From assembly GCF_009914755.1 (NCBI RefSeq), contig NC_060927.1: a DNA stretch of 64,000 nt; one strand, written 5' to 3'. The position numbers were made by a program, and so were the translations under genes. The stretch comes from the human T2T-CHM13v2.0 reference genome, Homo sapiens. Numbering within the stretch: position 1 is the stretch's first letter; every line of letters begins with the position of its first letter. This document shows positions 59,727-64,000 of this stretch, one piece after another. The notes beneath the pieces are model-generated. The model was not told the DNA's origin, ran no database searches, and saw nothing but the letters and a program-made list of their open reading frames with translations.

Positions 59727-60393
59727 GTATATATGATTGTTTATTCACTAATTCCTTCACTTGCTGAACAGATATTTTGGAGTTTCTACCAAATTCTAAG
59801 TATTGTGCAGTATACTGTTAAGCACAACCTTGTTTCAAAGGAAGTAGTAGTCAAAGCAGAGTGAAAACCAGATGAACAGATTATTCGTCTTAATCTACAG
59901 ACTTAGAAGGAAAAAACTACCAGGCATTATCTGCCAGATCTTCTCATAAGCACTTTCACATATTTTCTGTCATATGAACAGATTATGACTATTTATTGTG
60001 ATTAGACCTGTGTTATTTTGAAGCATGAAGTAAATGGAAAATGTCACAGGAGAGGTGACATTGGAACAGGATGGTAAAGAGTAGGAGATTGCAAGAGAAA
60101 TCTATTCTGTTTGAGAACTTCTAAACAGAAGGTCAGTTTGAGCATAAATTAATGATTAATTTTTATTCCCTTATTTTTAGCAGTAAAAAAAAATATTTTA
60201 CTGTTCAGTTTAAAAATGTTTCTGGAATCCTTAGGGTTTTCCTTTTGCTCCCCCCACCCCTTAAACAATTCTATTTCATCTTTCAGTGAACTGGAAATAC
60301 TGAAAAAATATAATTTTGTCCGTATTTCAGTCTTCTATAATATGTTTGCCCAATGAAATATGAACACAATATTGCATAATACTGAAAACTGGC

Positions 60394-60772
60394 TGTATTA
60401 GTCCATTTTCATGCTGCTATAAAGAACTTCCCGAGACTGGGTAATTTATAAAGGAAAGAGGCTTAATTAACTCACAGTTCAACATGGCTGGGGAGGCCTC
60501 AGGAAACTTAAAATCATGCAGGTAGGCTAAGGGGAAGCAAGGAACCTTCTTCACAGGGAAGCAGGAAGGAGAATTCCCAAGTAAAGGGGGAAGAGCCCCT
60601 TATAAAACCATTAGATCTCGTGAGAACTCTCTCACTATCCGGAGAACAGCATGGGGAAAACCACCCCCATGATTCAGCTACCTTCACCTGGTCTCTCCCA
60701 TGACACATGGGGATTATGGGGATTACAATTCAAGATGAGATTTAGGTGGGGACACAAATCCTTACCATATCA
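60394..60772 (-). mobile_element. THE1D-like MaLR solo LTR
   Basis: TGTATTAGTCCATTTTCATGCTGCT...GATGAGATTTAGGTGGGGACACA...CCATATCA; TSD CTGGC/CTGGG. Confidence 0.9.
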
Positions 60773-61179
60773 CTGGGATTTAAAAAATTTGTAAATGCTC
60801 ATCATTTACCTGTCTGAAAGAGTGGTGTGGGGTTCAGGATTTCCTCTAGCGTAATGAGTCAGAATACTGATTGTTATAAATGTTCACTGTGGCTCTTTTG
60901 TGGGTATTGCACAATGTATTGTTGCTTTTCTTAAGCAGTTCATAAAGTAAGTAAGGAAGTGACTTGTATCATGGTCATGATATAAATTGTATTAGACAAT
61001 ACATGATGAGATGCTCAATTCTTAAAGGAGGAGAGATTCTTCTTTAATCTTAATAGCATTTTCTCTGTATCTCCTTCCTAGAACATAAGTTAACGTGTGT
61101 ACCTGTATTAACCTCACCCACCTTGGTTTGCAACTCACTGAGCACAAGGAATATTTGTATTAATACAGTTGTTCTAACT

Positions 61180-61395
61180 CAGTGCTTTTCAACCAGGGGC
61201 AATTTTGTCCCTCAGGAGATACTTGGTAGTGTCTGGAGACATTTTTAGTTGTCAACACTGGAGGATAGGTGCTATTTTGTAACCAGTGGGTAGCTGCCAG
61301 GTATCCTGCTAAGCATCCCACAATGCAGAAGATGGCCTGTACAAGAAAGAATCATCTGGCCAAAGATGTCAAGTGTCAAGGTTGAGAAACCCTGC
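61180..61395 (+). mobile_element. MER20 (hAT-Charlie)
   Basis: CAGTGCTTTTCAACCAGGGGCAATTTTG...TGTCTGGAGACATTTTT...AGGTTGAGAAACCCTG. Confidence 0.85.
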
Positions 61396-61649
61396 TCTGT
61401 ACTATACCCTGGGGTCATTCTGTGACTTTGGCATTGTTAGCTCATACATTCAGCCCACACTAAAAAGGAGAAATTGATCACCTAATGTGTTTATCCAACT
61501 GTATTGGAATAAGAGCTGAGTTATTAGGCTGGAAATTACATGTTCTGCTGCTATAAAAAAATTTTACTTTTATAAAATAAAAATATTTTCTACCTAAAAA
61601 AGCTGAAGAAATAACTTCTCTTGTACTATTGTGTGGCCGTAGCATTAGT

Positions 61650-62110
61650 GACTTCATTCAGTGTGTAGACATTGAGCAGTGAGCTTATTGATAGGCCCTG
61701 CGAATCTGTGAGGGAGCAGGATAGACACATTGTTCTCATTAGCTCTCTAATTCCACAGGATCTGAGACAGATGTGAAACAAATAATTACTTAAATACATA
61801 TTAAAATTTTAATATAGATACATGATTTATGGTCAGCAGAAACACAGAAACTATAGAAAGACCTGAGTTGGAGGGGTCTAGGAAAAGTTCCATTTAAGTA
61901 GAAAAAAGGAGGTGTAAGAGTTGACCAGGTTGATTAAGCATTCCAGGGAGTGGGACCAGCATAGGCATGAACTTGGTGCATTCAAAAAACTGTAAGGAAC
62001 CAAGTATGACTAAGTGCAGCAGTTAAGGAGAGTGGCTTGAGCATGAGGCAGGGCCCAGATCTATCAGGGGTCCCTATATTCCATGTAAAGGATTTCTAAC
62101 TTTATTCTAA
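61650..62110 (+). mobile_element. L2 LINE fragment (host of the HINT2 pseudogene)
   Basis: Decayed L2-like motifs GCATTCCAGGGAGTGGGACCAGCAT, GGCAGGGCCCAGAT and CCATGTAAAGGATTT. Strand and boundaries uncertain. Confidence 0.45.
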
Positions 62111-62124
62111 CAACAAGAGAAGGA

Positions 62125-62730
<606 letters not shown>

Positions 62731-64000
62731 AATCAATCAGTCAATACATACATAAATAATGAAAACAGGGGAAGACTTTTAGGGAGAACAACTATTATAA
62801 GATTCTCACATAAAGCCTAAATAAAGCAATTGAAGAACATTACAGACTGTTTTTTTTCCTTTTTCTTTATATTTTCTTATTTTTCATGTATCTGCTGAGA
62901 CAATGTTCCAGGTTTCTACAGGAGGATCTTATGATCCATTAATTGGATTGAATTATTGTAGGTATCTATATCTGAACCAGTCAAAGCCTGGCTGATTCTC
63001 TTATGTGGTAAAATGTCAAAGTATCTTCATACTGCACCTCTCCATTAGTAAGCCATGTTTTTAGCACCTTGTGGTAAAATATTTTTCAGTGTTACTAAAG
63101 AAAATAAACTAGTATTTTTCAAATGTCTCCTATGTAATGGGAGGGAAGTAACATTCATTGGTTGTTTACCAAGTGCTAGGACTAGGCTAAGCCTGTCACC
63201 TCTCTTCTTCCTCTAAAGCAGGTGTTTTGTTTTTCATAAAGATTAGAAAACCAGGTCTCAGAAGTTCTAAAATGCCCTAGTAGGTTAAGACTACAATTAG
63301 TAATTGGTAAACATGCTGTTAGAACTAATCTTTCTGACTCCCAAGACTGCAACTTTTCTCTCTGCAACATGGAGGAGCTAGGTCATTTATATGTCTCATT
63401 TTTAAGCTATATAACAACCATGTGAGGTAGACATTATTATTCACATATTTTATATGTGTAGAATCTCTATCTAGGGTGTCTCAGTTAGTAATTCCTGGGA
63501 GCTGCAGTTTAGATCCAGATTTACCTGACTCTGGAAACTCTTTTCTTTTCACTGCACTCTGATACTGTCTACAAAAATTACCAAAGTCTAACATCTTTCC
63601 TCCTTTTATAGACTTTCACGAAGATAGAGAATAACTGGTCAGCATCCTCTTCAAAGTGGCTTTCTGTATAATTTAAAGTAATCTTCAAGGTGGTATTGAT
63701 AGCAAGCTTCATAAAGCATGGACTGTAGTAATTCTGCCAAAGACTGAAACAATAAATAGTAAGGTAACATATAATCTATAGCTTTAATGTAGGTGATTTC
63801 CTACAAATAGAAAATAAATAATGCCTATTGCATATTTCCAGTTATATGATCTCTTCTTAACAATCATTGGAGAATAGAATATTTATAACAGACTAGGCAA
63901 CTTTATGTTTCACCCATCTGAGAGCTAGAGCTTTGCCTGGATATAGTGCTATAATATTTCAATATGACTCCTTAACCTTGTCTAGTTGGGGGCTTGGTTT

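Noticed and set aside
59196-60130. Short AT-rich hairpins (TATAATGTA/TACATTATA near 59196; TTCTGTTT/AAACAGAA near 60105)
   Set aside because: Stems of 8-9 bp are expected by chance in AT-rich DNA.

Overview
This is AT-rich human (primate) intronic DNA with no intact protein-coding sequence. One 56-nt exon with good splice signals (39051-39106, + strand) matches, from my memory of the mRNA, a non-coding 5'-UTR exon of CNTN4 (contactin-4, 3p26). A disabled processed pseudogene of HINT2 lies at about 62125-62730. Most of the rest is a mosaic of Alu, L1, L2/MIR/CR1, solo LTRs (LTR12, MER41B, MER51, MER21, MER34/39, LTR32-like, MLT, THE1/MST) and DNA-transposon fossils (Tigger2a, MER2, MER44, MER20, MER5A, Charlie). 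The longer ORFs in the track are repeat-derived. Repeat subfamily names come from recalled consensus sequences, not a RepeatMasker run. I do not see a convincing new multi-gene system. The best leads are: (1) possible 5'-leader control of the host gene, made up of a 7-codon uORF in the exon, a candidate 16-nt microexon 77 nt upstream, and a sense LTR12 promoter downstream that could bypass the uORF exon; (2) an expanded-spacer REST/RE1-like site; (3) a MER41B LTR retaining STAT GAS motifs; and (4) a set of locally templated duplication and fold-back scars, including a perfect 40-bp palindrome, a 173-bp non-tandem copy and a Pol-theta-like patchwork insertion.
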